This document shows positions 1 to 12,460 of a DNA stretch of 34,401 bases, piece after piece. Each line of letters begins with the position of its first letter. Positions within the stretch are counted from its first letter, which is position 1. The stretch is from Octopus bimaculoides. Lineage: Eukaryota. The DNA lies in NCBI RefSeq assembly GCF_001194135.2, contig NC_068987.1:25805498-25839898 (forward strand). Reading direction: 5' to 3'. Position numbers and translations under genes: made by a program. Under the pieces are notes generated by a model. That model was not told the DNA's origin. It saw nothing but the letters and a program-made list of their open reading frames with translations, and did not search any database.

Positions 1-105
1 TAATTTTTTTTTTTAATAGTGCATCCCACCTGATGATTAACCATGTCACATACATTCCTCTTAAAAAACATCGCCCATGTCTGCTGTCTGCTCTATGTGA
101 TCTCT

Positions 106-1090
106 CTGGCAGACTAGTTAGAGCATCGAAAGAAATGCCCAGCAGTATTTCTTCCGGACTCTTTCGTTCTAAGTTCAGTTTCCGCTGAGGTCAACTTTGC
201 CTTTCATCTTTACGTGGTCGATAAAATAAAATACTTTCTCCTAAAACTTTTGTCCCTGGGCCAAAATTTGAAACAATTATCATAATTATCATAATTATTT
301 TTATTTTCTGGTGCTTTACGTTCTGAGTTCAAATTTCTCCGTGGTTGACTTTGCCATTCATCCTTTCGGCATCAACAAAATAAGTACTAGTTGTGCACTG
401 GGGTCATTAAAATCGACTTACTTCCTCCCCCAAAATTTCAGGACTTGTGCCTAAAGCAGAAAAAATTACCATTATTATTGATAATGATCTTTGCATTAAC
501 TTGATTTTTTTTTTTTTATGTATTCATCTGTGATCAATGCCAAACAAATTAGAAACCAATATATTTGACGTGAAAAACAAAATGTTTCACTGGATTGAAA
601 CGAGTAAAACGCTTGATAGCTTTCATTAGTGTGCCAAGCGCATGATTGGCTGGTGGATTTTCAGATTGTGCAGCTTGTGATTTGATTGGTTGATGGCTTT
701 TCTTTGAGGAATAGCCAATTTCAAAGAGTCAGATATGTCGTTAGAAAAAAAAACCTAATTCTGATTTGACATTTATTTCATTTCCTGCGGAAATGATTCT
801 CTGTGTGGGTGATGTATATGTATGTATGTCTGATGTGTGAGAGGTTTGTTGTGTCTGTTTCTGTGCATGAGCGCTGTTGAGTTACATTTGCTAATTTTTT
901 AAAATTTTTTTTTACCGTCAGATAGAATAAGTTGCATTATTTAACTCTGTTTAACTTCACGTTCTGTGTTCGAACTCTATTGAGGTCGAGTTTACCTTTC
1001 ATGTTTTAAGGATCAATAAAATAAATGCTAGTTAAGTACTAGGGTCAATTTAATTAGCTATAGCCACCCACCACATTTGTGGCCTTATGA
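106..1090 (+). mobile_element. Cluster of three diverged family C SINE copies (about 106-280, 311-465, 915-1090)
   Basis: Each carries TTCTGAGTTCAAAT..GAGGTCAACTTTGCCTTTCATCC..GATAAAATAA-like body with a B-box-like GTTCAAAT. Confidence 0.75.
640..722. promoter_or_regulatory. Cluster of three CCAAT boxes (possible NF-Y promoter)
   Basis: ATTGG at 645-649 and 685-689 (both TGATTGG) and AGCCAAT ending at 719. No linked exon identified. Confidence 0.2.
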
Positions 1091-1664
1091 CGATGACATA
1101 ATAGTTTCATCCGATTTCAAGACATTGCATTTGTAAAGTGAAAAGAAACTCCAAATGAACTGGTTTTATGGTCCAAAGCATTTTCATAAGTTTATCCTAA
1201 ACTCCCATGTTTGTTTTCAGGCTGTTAGCTAACCCTAGTTTCATTCGGTCTAAGCAATATAAAGCTTTCCTTTCCTAAGTCCCAAGTTATTCTTGTGGTT
1301 GATCATAAATGTGTGTGTGTATGATAGATGATGCGTGGACGCCAACAATGTTCGTTCCCGTGAAATCAATATGAATACCCACTAACCCCATTGATTGATA
1401 CCATAGATCAGGAATTGTCCAACCGATAATAACAGTATTTAGATTTATTTTTCTTGCTTCATTTCTTTTTATTCATCACTATCACCGCAAGGTGTCGCAG
1501 TGCACAGTGCCTTCTTTGCTCAGTATCTAAGACTATACGATTATTTCTTCAAGAAAATATTGTAGCTCAGTATTATACGCTAATGTGAAGGCGTATGTGC
1601 CTAGTGGTTAGGTGTTGCACTCACGATCGCTAGATCGTGGGTTCGATTCAAGCCAATATGACTC

Positions 1665-1756
1665 AGAAGACACTTGCTTAAGGCGTCACACAATGGAATT
1701 GAACACCAAACCATTCAGATGCGAAGCGAACGTCTTAACCACACAACCATAGCTGT
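1665..1756 (-). mobile_element. Family B SINE head fragment
   Basis: AGAAGACACTTGCTTAAGG...CTTAACCACACAACCAT, which explains ORF 1674-1868. Confidence 0.55.
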
Positions 1757-2478
1757 GTACTTGTGTAAATCTAAAACCAGATTATTGAATATGTCATTGC
1801 CTTCGCCAAGACTATCGTTTCCAAAACGGGGCCGCCTAGAAACCAACGATTTTGTGAGAGGTCGCTAGGTGTTCTGCTGCAAATATTGATATGTAGGTTA
1901 ATTATATGGAAGTGCATTTTTTGTGTGTAATTCTACATCATTAATTCTATTAAACACAAATGACATGTTCAAAACCTTGCCCCCACATCCTTTTTTTTTT
2001 TTTTTAAAGTATTAAGGAAACCTTATTGGAAAAACGACCTATTAGTAGGAAATTATCAGAGAATTAGGTCTAAACAAGACCTTTCTACAATGAAATTTCT
2101 ATAAAAGTATCCGTTTGAGAACCTCCGGTTTAGAGGTTCCCCTCTTACCGTTACATCGAGATGAGTAGAAGTGGGGACTCAGAGAGAGAGAGTGGGGAGG
2201 GAGGCGAGAGAAGTGGAACCACAGAAGAAATCTGCCGAGTAAACTGTAGTTAATTCGTGATATGGCATTTATTCTTTCGTCAGAGTTGTTGTTGTTGTTG
2301 TTGTTTTATTAATTGTCCAAACTGTAAATAGGAAACAGGCGAATGTAATTAGGAAATTAAGAGTTATTTATTAAGCGTTCTATTAATTATCAGCACTAGG
2401 GTGGCATTCCTGGAATACTGGCATCTTGTGTTGTCTGGAGAGGAAAACGGCTATGGAGGAAAGGAATCTTGAAACCTC

Positions 2479-2507
2479 CTCTCTCTCTCTCTCTCTCTTT
2501 CTCTCTT

Positions 2508-2549
<42 letters not shown>

Positions 2550-3062
2550 CACCCCCCCACACACACATATATATATATATATACAAACACACGTGTGTGT
2601 GTAATACATATATATACTCACACAGACATAGATGCACTTAGAAATTTCTTTATATAAACACGTGTGTGTATAGTCAAAGGTATGCAGTTGTACGTATGTT
2701 TTTAAATGCCCTGAAATAGCATTACCAAAATACAATTAATAATAATGACTTTATTAATTAGAATGAAATGTTAAACAAACAGGTAGCGTGGCGTTTCCCA
2801 ATTAAATACTAGCTATGAGACATAAAGTAGAGAAATGCGAAATTGTGATGTTCATGCTTTTGCAACTGCCCAAGATTTGTCGCCATATCAGCAGGTTAAG
2901 TAAACCGTTTTAAGTTGTAGTAATCCTATTTTTAATTATTATTTTTTCAGTAATACAGATTAATTACTAATTAGGAGAAGGGTGCTTTACTCAGCATGAA
3001 GTATGTGTGTATGTGTGCATATGATCATGTACATATGTGTACGCGCATATGATTGTGCATAT

Positions 3063-3113
<51 letters not shown>
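2479..3113. repeat. Microsatellites (TC)n 2479-2548, CA/TA 2558-2600, (TG)n 3066-3113; many others, e.g. (GATA)n 3880-3918, (TC)n 6224-6304, (TA)n 9156-9200, 9482-9513 and 20770-20808, (GA)n 26633-26664
   Basis: Direct reading. These generate the ERER/CVCV/HTHT/YIYI pseudo-ORFs. Confidence 0.95.
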
Positions 3114-3784
3114 NNNNNNNNNNNNNNNNNNNNNNNNNNNNNNNNNNNNNNNNNNNNNNNNNNNNNNNNNNNNNNNNNNNNNNNNNNNNNNNNNNNNNNN
3201 NNNNNNNNNNNNNNNNNNNNNNNNNNNNNNNNNNNNNNNNNNNNNNNNNNNNNNNNNNNNNNNNNNNNNNNNNNNNNNNNNNNNNNNNNNNNNNNNNNNN
3301 NNNNNNNNNNNNNNNNNNNNNNNNNNNNNNNNNNNNNNNNNNNNNNNNNNNNNNNNNNNNNNNNNNNNNNNNNNNNNNNNNNNNNNNNNNNNNNNNNNNN
3401 NNNNNNNNNNNNNNNNNNNNNNNNNNNNNNNNNNNNNNNNNNNNNNNNNNNNNNNNNNNNNNNNNNNNNNNNNNNNNNNNNNNNNNNNNNNNNNNNNNNN
3501 NNNNNNNNNNNNNNNNNNNNNNNNNNNNNNNNNNNNNNNNNNNNNNNNNNNNNNNNNNNNNNNNNNNNNNNNNNNNNNNNNNNNNNNNNNNNNNNNNNNN
3601 NNNNNNNNNNNNNNNNNNNNNNNNNNNNNNNNNNNNNNNNNNNNNNNNNNNNNNNNNNNNNNNNNNNNNNNNNNNNNNNNNNNNNNNNNNNNNNNNNNNN
3701 NNNNNNNNNNNNNNNNNNNNNNNNNNNNNNNNNNNNNNNNNNNNNNNNNNNNNNNNNNNNNNNNNNNNNNNNNNNNNNNNNNNN
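3114..3784. other. Assembly gap (671 N)
   Basis: Run of N starting at the end of a (TG)n tract. Confidence 1.
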
Positions 3785-4250
3785 GTGGAGGGAGGAAGTG
3801 GAACAAGGAGGAAGGGACAGAAGGGTATAGCAGTGAAGTAGAGGCCAGGACAGAGGTATAGATAGAAAGATGGAGGAAGACAGATAGATAAATAGATAGA
3901 TAGATAGATAGAAAGATAGTCACGTCAGAATAATAGTAGACTTACTTGCAAAAAAGGACGTGTGCGTTCAATAATGTAATAATACAAAGAATATATATAC
4001 ATGTATACACACATATATGTACATACTTACATCTACATGTGTATATATATATGCATATCAGGGTACAGGACGTTAGAACAATAAACTACAGACAACGGAA
4101 CGAACACATAGGAAAACGGAAAGCCACTTGGAATATCCCTTATGTATATGCTTATGTATTGGTTTTGACCCCTAAATTGAGTGCTCCTGCTCCAGAAAGG
4201 ATCGTTAACATTACTTAAACTTTATTCACGAATACCTTTCTAACGATATA

Positions 4251-4365
4251 GTAAGCCTAGTACTTAGGCTATCGGTTTCTTTTGCCGAAACGCTAAGTTA
4301 CGGAGACATAAATACACCAGCATCGGTTGTCAAGCGATGGCGAAGGGGCATACACACGCACAGCG

Positions 4366-4405
<40 letters not shown>

Positions 4406-4541
4406 GCACGCGCGCACACGACGGGCTTTCTTCGGCCCGAGGCTATAGCAGAAGACACTTGCCCAAGGTGCTACGCAGTGGGATTGGACCCGGAACCATG
4501 TGGTTGGGAAGCAAACTTCTTACCACACAGCCACGCCTGCG
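4251..4541 (-). mobile_element. tRNA-derived SINE, family B (internal CA/TG microsatellite)
   Basis: Reverse complement of GGCGTGGCTGTGTGGTAAGAAGTTTGCTTCCCAACCACATGGTTCCGGG...CACCTTGGGCAAGTGTCTTCT. Homologous to 29694-30097. Confidence 0.85.
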
Positions 4542-4674
4542 TCTATGCATATGGAAGTTCATTTTAGAATCACATTTCCAGTTCGATTCCACTGTCCGGT
4601 AATTCTCTTCTACAAAGAAGTATTGTTCTTACTTTTCCCCTTGTGACTAATATAGAAGTAATTATTAAATTAAT

Positions 4675-4808
4675 ACGCCGGACAAAATGCTTAGCGACAT
4701 TTCTTCCGGCTTTATTCTCTGAGTTCAAATTAAGCACTGACGTTGATGTTATTGACTAGCCCTTCTTCCAAAAATTTCTGGCGCTATGCCTAAGTAGAAA
4801 GGATTATT
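4675..4808 (+). mobile_element. Family C SINE, internally deleted
   Basis: ACGCCGGACAAAATGCTTAGCGACATTTCTTCCGG..CTGAGTTCAAAT, then tail AAAATTTCTGG..GCCTAAGTAGAAAGG. Confidence 0.65.
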
Positions 4809-5421
4809 AAATTTACTTCTAAGTTTTGTTTTTTGGAATTCTCTCTTTATCTGTGTCCAACCACACGGATTGGGTAGATCTAAATAAATTTATCAAATAA
4901 TGTATTTATGTGTGTGTGAGTGTGTTTTCGTAAATTCTGCGTTGTACTTGAATATGAGTGGCTAATTCAGTTTAATTAGTCTGACACTTGGCTATGCTAA
5001 TTGAATTAATGTAGAATTTAATTGGCAACTTTTATGGTGGGATGGATGTATGTGCCCTGGATGATCTCATCCGAAAAAAAGTGAACTGAACGCTCCTCAA
5101 GATATTTTATCAGATAAAGTGTACTTCTTGTTGTTGTGGTACTTCAACAGGAAACCTTTGATCAAAGGTACTCCAGTTAGACTATCTCGTCTATTAGTCG
5201 GGCATAGTGTAGTTAAGATTATATTAATGTTCTCCCCAGTTAAGACGGGTTGAGATTTGGTTACTGTTTTTAGCTGTAGAGACTTCCTCACTGCTTCTAC
5301 ATTATTGCGGATTCTTTTAGTGATAAAACTCTTGGTACAACAGACGTTTCGGATAACCTTCACTTATTATCAATTTTATAAGTGCAAGAATTGACTAGTA
5401 TCATACGTTGTTTTATGTGTA

Positions 5422-5812
5422 GTGGAGGCGCAATGGCCCAGTGGTTAGGGGAGCGGACTTGCGGTCATAGGGTCGCGGTTTCGATTCCCAGACCGGGTGT
5501 TGTAAGTGTTTATTGAGCGAAAACACCTAAATCTCAACGAGGTTCCGGCAGGGGATGGTGGCGAAGCCTGCTGTACTCTTTCACCACAACTTTCTCTCAC
5601 TCTTACTTCCTGTTTCTGTTGTGCCTGTAATTCAAAGGGTCAGCCTTGTCACACTGTGTCACGCTGAATATCCCCAAGAACTACGTTAAGGGTACATGTG
5701 TCTGTGGAGTGTTCAGCCATTTGCACGTTAATTTCAAGAGCAGGCTGTTCCGTTGATCGGATCAACTGGAACCCTCGACGTCGTAAGCGACGGAGTGCCA
5801 ACACAAAAAAAA
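5422..5812 (+). mobile_element. Full-length tRNA-derived SINE, family A
   Basis: Pol III A box TGGCCCAGTGGTTAGG and B box GGTTTCGATTCCC, with an A-rich tail. The 9-bp target duplication TTATGTGTA lies at 5413-5421 and 5813-5821. Near-identical to 17198-17568. Confidence 0.9.
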
Positions 5813-5854
5813 TTATGTGTACATTAAATAATGGTCCGAAAAGACGGTTCTGCA

Positions 5855-6106
5855 ATTTCTTGCTGCGAACAATCTGCACAGATGGTTTGTTCATAGTGAT
5901 CAAATGTTTGTGCTGTACATTTACTCAGTCCCTCCATGAAATCGATAATGCCTGTACAGGTGAACGGTATGTCACACATCAGATGTCGGGCAACTCGAGA
6001 TGAAGTGTTTTGCTGAAGAACACAACGCACTGCTTGGTCCGGGAATCGAACCCCACGATTTCGCGATCGTAAGTGCAACGCCCTAACCACTGGCCCACGT
6101 GCCTTT
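5855..6106 (-). mobile_element. tRNA-derived SINE, family D (a second head fragment at about 1588-1655, +)
   Basis: Reverse complement reads GGCACGTGGGCCAGTGGTTAGGGCGTTGCACTTACGATCG..GGTTCGATTCCCGG (A and B boxes). Confidence 0.7.
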
Positions 6107-6232
6107 ACTGTGTATGGAACATAGCTATTCTTCCAGGATATGCAGCTACTTGCTCCACCATTGGATTTCTAGATTAAAATTTATTCAAGCTGTGACGTAG
6201 TGTACTTTCTTGATAAATCTGTACTCTCTCTC

Positions 6233-6304
<72 letters not shown>

Positions 6305-7849
6305 CCGCCACATAAATACACATAAACCATGCACGAAGGACAAATAATGTAACCGTCTCTCATGACCATTGTTTCAGTCTTCAGATTTTAGCGGACGAAA
6401 AGTGACTCCTATAAAGTGTATAGGATGTCAATACTTGAAAGACAGCGTTTCTACAAGATTTGATAAATAAATATCAGGAACTGATGCACTGTAAAATTAA
6501 GTGTGATATCTCAAATAGACAAAGCTTTTATTCTATATACTCTGTAACTTCAGCATAGCAATAACTGCTAGTCTTGACACCATCAACGAGTCTTTCACCA
6601 ATTAATTAACATATCTATTGCAAAAGAACAATTCCTTCATTGTCGACCAAGATCGACTTACTGTTTATTTTCGTTTTTGTTGTGTGTGTGTATAGTTCTT
6701 TTTTTTCTCTCTGCTATTTTGTATTTCTTTGTATCATTACCGTTATTTCGTAGAGTTCAACATATCTAACATTACCTACTCCTGCATTTGGTAGCATTTC
6801 TTTCTGTTTGCTAGTTTTTTTTTTCTTTTCATTACGATATTTAGTATTACTATCATCATTCTCCACCATACGCATCTTGTACACCCAACCAGCTACTAAG
6901 AGATCAGGTACCACTGTTTTCTCGCTCCCTTGTTTATCTGCTTTGGCATCCCGGAAACTATTGAAGCTAATTCGGTTGTTAGTTTTAGCTGATCAAGTGT
7001 TTACGCATAAATCTTTTTTTTTTTTTCTTCTTGCTTATCTCTATAGTTCAATCCCAGGTTAGTCCTTGCCTAACAGATCAATGATAAAAGACATTTCACG
7101 TGATCGTACTTTTTTTTTACCATATATATTACATCTGCAATTACATTATCTATGCTTTTCCTGGTTTACAAATATAAAATATTAGAACTTCAAGTAACAT
7201 CCTAACAAGATGTTTTAACATTAAATGGAATTAATTTTTGTATTCACAAAACGAAATTAGTTACAAGAAAAATATCTAAATGCAAAAGGAATACATTCAC
7301 AAATCCATATGAAGGCAGTGTTTTAGCCATCATGACTAAGACCATATAGTTGCAAACTGAAGAACATGCTGGTAACAGCAACATTTCTCTCGGATATTAG
7401 TAGTATACCGATGACTTAAATACTCGTTCTTAATGTTTTGCAGATTTGAACTCGAATATGTTAATCGCTGTTGCATCTCGTCACTGGAGAACTTCTCCTT
7501 TCAGAAGAATGTGTGTTTGTAACACATTCGATGCATTGACATAAGGAAACTTTGGGAGACACGGTGTTTCGACATCATTGTGTTTCCTCAGCCAAATCTA
7601 TCTCAGAGCAATGAATCTAACCAGAGTTTATGGCTCTTGTTTATGATTTCAGCAAACAAATCATTTACTGGTGCATGCTGATATCTATCAACTGATTATA
7701 AATCCTCTTGTGCTCGGTGACCAGCGGAGGGTCTTAAATATTCATTCTTAATACATTCCGACAGATTCAAACGTGAATATGTTAATCGTTGTTGCATCTC
7801 CTCGATGGCAATTTTTGTGTAATCTAACCTTCCTGACTTCATATTCTTT

Positions 7850-8030
7850 GGCTGGTTTCAGTCACTGATTCAAACCATGATAGGGTACCGTCTCCTGGTA
7901 CTTCATTATGTTCATTTTATCCACTCCGAACGAATGAAAGACGAAGTTGAATTTCAACAGGATTTGAACTCAGAACATAAATTAACATAACTAGATAATA
8001 CAAGACATTCTGTCCGTCACTCTATCGAAT
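7850..8030 (-). mobile_element. Diverged family C SINE
   Basis: TGGTACTTC...CCGAACGAATGAAAGACGAAGTTGA..GGATTTGAACTCAGAAC. Confidence 0.6.
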
Positions 8031-9153
8031 ATGACAAGATATTGCCAGATCTAGAGATAAATACTCCCTTTGATTTTCCTTCATTAACATAAATGGTTAA
8101 AATTGGGTCAAATATGTCTTATTGTGTAGAAATATTTGGGGAATGGCGTAAATATCGAACTCAGTTTTCTAGTTTTCTCCTTTTCTCTGTTGGCAAAATC
8201 TTTAAGGTGTTTCAGAAGTAGGTCAGGTCGATAAGTCATTAAAGACCACTTCGAAAATTTTTTTCACACACTCACATACACACATTTTCGATCAGGAAGG
8301 CCTGAAAACATGTGACCAAGCAGAGTTAGTGGACGTTGATGTGTTAAAGGCTGTTTTCCTTTATCTCTTATCTTTCCTATACATGTGCCACGCCCTCTCA
8401 TAACTGTGTTTAGAGACTTCAAATTGCGTTATGTATATATATATGTCTCTTATCTCTCTCCCGCTTACCTCACCCTGTCTTACCCCCCTCTATCTCACTA
8501 ATATACAACACCGGTAATGCGTATACATGCGCCGTGCCCTCTCTCGACTGTGTACAGAGACTTCTACTAACTTGCGTTGGATTTATGATGCACACCTGAC
8601 AAAGTAAAAAGGAATTGTGCTAATTACGAAATATTACTCGAAATGATTTATGAGACGGCATGTGGGTGATACGGGTAGTTGCTGCTCCTATGATTACCTT
8701 ACTTAACCTGTTAGACATGAAAACAGTTGCTAAATGCTGATGTAACTGGTGGTGCTAAATTAAGATGTATCTATCTTTGTTGATATTTAACTCTAAATCA
8801 ACTCTGAAACAATTAGACCCACGATTAAACTATGCAATGTGTGGTGTTGCTTTTTCTTTAACACGGGAATATGTAAGTTGGAGGAGATTTGGCTGCTATT
8901 TCTAGACTGCAGACGACCGCATAAAGGAATTCTCATTGCCTTGCAGTAATCTATTCTTAAACTTTGAAACAGATGTTGGTAATACTTTGGTGTGCAGACT
9001 CCCTGGGTATTTAGGTATTTATACTTGAGCGTACAATCTAATTCAACTCTAACCCTAATTCTAACCCTAAACCAAACCTTAATACTAACCCAGATCAAGT
9101 TATTTTACAGCATAGACTGTGTATATTGCGGCAGACAGCACGCTTAAGTAGCA

Positions 9154-9192
<39 letters not shown>

Positions 9193-9476
9193 TATACATA
9201 CAATTTTTTTAATTTAAAAGAGAGTTTTGACATTGAAATTTATTCCTATGTCAACATTTCTGTATAAGGCTATATTTAACTGTCAAATTCAAATTAAACA
9301 TATAAATTACCTTACACATCTTCAGGAAAAAAAAGGTAAAGAACAAAGAGTATATATAACCAAGGAGAACGATCCTTAAGGAGTCTACTTTAGACTTTTT
9401 GCGGAGAAATCTCTTGCTATATTGGTAGCGATTACATGTTTTTCTCATCATCAACACATTGTGGAGATATCATATG

Positions 9477-9517
<41 letters not shown>

Positions 9518-9584
9518 GTAATAGGATTGTCAACGGATGGGACGCATTTGAATATAAGACTCACGATCAGAGTCGGTCTTACGG

Positions 9585-9700
9585 TAAGTTGTAGAAACAG
9601 TAAATCAACGAGAATCTTCTATGTAGTTACTCAACGTGGTAGAAACAGTAGCCAAATCTTCCTAACAACAGACCCTACCGTCTTAAAAATGTATAAAAGA
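9585..9700 (+). repeat. Unclassified dispersed repeat (related pieces at about 5150-5310, 7040-7175, 8840-8910, 28170-28270, 28930-28965, 32590-32790)
   Basis: Recurring GTAGAAACAGYAGCCAAATCT..CCCTACCGTCTTAA and CAGATCTATGATYAAAGGCATTCCA-like segments in both orientations. Confidence 0.55.
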
Positions 9701-10689
9701 ACGGCATACTATATGATGTTCTAGCTACTCTGAAAAGATTTTAATGGTCACAGTTACACCTTTGATCGTAGTTCTGCTAGATTAGATTAACTGGGGTTAA
9801 ACTAAAACTACAGGCGGGAATCGTCAATGAGATGGAATAAAACAATAGGGTATATATATATGTGGCTGCGGCAGGAAATATTCTTAAGATAAATGTCTGG
9901 AAAATTGGCTTATTTGCAAGAATCAATTGCTATTCCTGTTGTTGGTTAGTGATAGGGAAGTGTAGTATAAAAGTATATTAGGAATAAGATGAAGATAAGG
10001 GGTAAATATTTAGTGGTGGGGTGGTGATTTGGCAGATAGATGAGTGAGGATTGGAAGATGGGTAAAGGCGGGTTTATGACTGATATCTATGCCTGCCTTA
10101 ATTAAGACAAGAGGTTAGGTTGAAGCTGGCCGGAAACTGGAGAGTGTGTGGCGGTATCCCTTGAGATGATATGAGATGGGATGAAATAAGAGAGTGATGT
10201 GACAGAGGCTGATACTTAGAGAGTGAGGTGAAAATATAAATAAATATATACAAATAGCGAACAGAGAGAAGTGGCAGTAGATACACAGATTGGGAGAGGC
10301 TACGCAGATATTTAGATGAGATGGAAGGGGTTGAGGTAGATAGGAAGGGAATGAAATCGTTTCCTCGTCAGAGAACACTTAAAATTCATTATTGTAACAA
10401 AAGACGAGTTACACTTATCTGTAGTGTTGGTGATGATGGTGGTGGCAATGATATCAAGTTCTAGGCTGGGTGAATTAATGGAATAATAAACAATGATTTT
10501 ATATATATAATGAAAATGAAATGACTAAGAGGTAAATAGTTATCTTATGAACTTCATTAGCTTACAACTGTTTCTGCTATCCAATGCAGTGGAGTCATAG
10601 TTGAGTGCATGAGTAATATATATATTTGGAATATCTTGAAAGCAACCTTCGACATTTTTTTTTTTTATCCAAAAGGGATTTTCGTGGAA

Positions 10690-10850
10690 TCATTTCTCGA
10701 AAGTTTCTAATATTTCCTATGTCATCAACACAGTTATTTCATTTCAGCTTTGTTGTCTGAAGAAGCCAACTGAAGCAGAAATGTTGACGTCATTGTCAAA
10801 CTTTTCTTTCTGAAAGCAAAATGGACTCTGCTGGAAGGTGTTGAATGATC
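10690..10850 (+). repeat. Copy 1 of a local repeat of about 160-185 bp
   Basis: High identity to 15127-15312, e.g. TTATTTCATTTCAGCTTTGTTGTCTGAAGAAG and CTGAAAGCAAAATGGACTCTG. Confidence 0.85.
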
Positions 10851-10919
10851 CTGCACTTAATGCTGGTTTATTATATGTATAAAGCTAAACATAAAAACAT
10901 ATGCATACACACAATTTAG

Positions 10920-11090
10920 AGGCAGTGGGTAATGAGCTCCCTTCATAAACATGGTGTTTCGGGTTCGAGCCTGTTGTAAGATATATTGAACAAATACATT
11001 TGGCCAAAGCCTGAAATTGACCCACACCTTGTGAGTGGAATTGGGTAGACGGAAACTGTACAGAAGTTCCCTTGAGTCGGCTGTACTTGC
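10920..11090 (+). mobile_element. Diverged family B SINE 5' fragment
   Basis: B-box-like GGGTTCGAGCC and CTTGTGAGTGGAATTGGGTAGACGGAAACTG. Confidence 0.6.
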
Positions 11091-11187
11091 TATTCAGAAA
11101 TCCAGCCATGTCACACTGTTACGTTCTAATTCTACTTGGGACAGTTAAGATTGCAGCCTGTGAAAGAATAAAATAGGCGTTTATATA

Positions 11188-11370
11188 CTGGTCTCAAATT
11201 TTGGCACAAAGCCATCAGTTTCAGAGGTGGGTAAGCCGATTACATTGACCCCAGTACTCAACTGATACTTATTTTATCGACTCCGAAAAGATAAAAAGCA
11301 AAGTCGACCTCAGCAAGATTTGAACTCAAAACGTACGAAGCTGCTGACGGTTCCACCAGCTTGCCGCCTT
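11188..11370 (-). mobile_element. Family C SINE
   Basis: AAATTTTGGCACAA..GACCCCAGTACTCAACTGATACTTATTTTATCGAC..GATTTGAACTC..CCAGCTTGCCGCCTT. Confidence 0.8.
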
Positions 11371-12340
11371 AATATATTCATAATGTAAGCTAGGACATTT
11401 GGATATCGAGAATAGTATCAAAATGAACTACAACGTCGAAACTACACATACTTTAGAGATTAAAAAGATTATGGATAGTTGTTCTTAGTTATTCTGTTGT
11501 TTATGGCAAGTAACTTTTATGTTTTGGGGTTGGCTTTTTTTTTTTTCCAGAAAAGGTTTTAATCAATCAAAGTGGATGTTTTCCAATTACAAGCAAATTT
11601 GTGAATTCTAATATTAATCATTCAGAAATATGTACATTTTCTTCCTTAGTGTCGTTTTATTTTTTTTAGACCCCTTTCGTCCCCTCTACGTTTAAGATAT
11701 CACCACCACTACTAGTACTGTGTTCTTTGGAAAAGAACTTTCCTCTCTGTGTCCCTTTTTTGCTTGCTTGTTCGAATGTCACGCGTTCTTAAATCCACTT
11801 ACAAATTTGATATTTTCATGTTCTGTTATAATAATCAAGGCCAACGAATATGGTAGAAACACTAATATTATGAACTGTGTATTACAATATTGAACTCGGG
11901 GTGCCTCGTATTTTATTTCAAAGTTTATATCTCTACCCACCCCTAAAACTAACAAATCCTCTTGCGGTGGTTTGCCGTCGCTTTTATCTTCACTCTGCAA
12001 ACCTTAAAATAAATAACAGTAGGATAACGTCATAAATTTGAAGGAGTTGATGGTAATTATTCCTCAACCTTCATCATTAATGGGTTCGTATATCCATGGT
12101 AGGTTTCTTTTTTTTTTTTACTCTTGCTATATTGTGTGGCATGCGAAGTTTTGTATAATTTACATAACAAGGAAAGTGTATATATTTAGTGTTTTCGACA
12201 TCTGTCATAGTATTTATTGCGGAACACTGACGAGGTGAGGTGCAAGATAGCATATTTCCACAAGTGTTATGTAATTTTTACAGCATTTTGCTGAAATGCA
12301 GTTATATTCTAAAAAGCATTGAATACGATAGGTGTTTTCT

Positions 12341-12460
12341 GTAAAGGATTATTATTGGTCGTCCGTAAAGGATTATTATTGGTCGTCCGTAAAGGATTAT
12401 TATTGGTCGTCCGTAAAGGATTATTATTGGTTGTCTGTAAAGGATTATTATTGGTCGTCC
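12341..12460. repeat. 24-bp tandem repeat, 5 copies
   Basis: Unit GTAAAGGATTATTATTGGTCGTCC. Only copy 4 differs (2 nt). Confidence 0.95.

Noticed and set aside
2383-4602. ORFs with ERER, CVCV, HTHT, YIYI or X runs (also at about 6.2, 9.4, 20.7, 23.7-25.2, 26.3 and 30.6 kb)
   Set aside because: They are translations of microsatellites or of the N gap.
5427-5500. tRNA-like sequences (also about 17205, 6040-6106, 1590-1655)
   Set aside because: These are SINE heads continuing into shared repeat bodies. No complete cloverleaf or Pol III terminator was evident.
9950-10350. Purine-rich stretch with ATG-A|GTGAGG and ATG-G|GTAAAG as possible M6 exon 1
   Set aside because: Low-complexity context where such motifs arise easily, with no promoter evidence.
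11779-12000. Minus-strand ORF with acceptor GTTTGCAG| (SEDKSDGKPPQEDLLVLG)
   Set aside because: Isolated, with no recognisable homology and no phase-linked partner exons.
12341-12460. CRISPR-like array
   Set aside because: The repeats are contiguous with no spacers, the context is eukaryotic and there are no cas genes.
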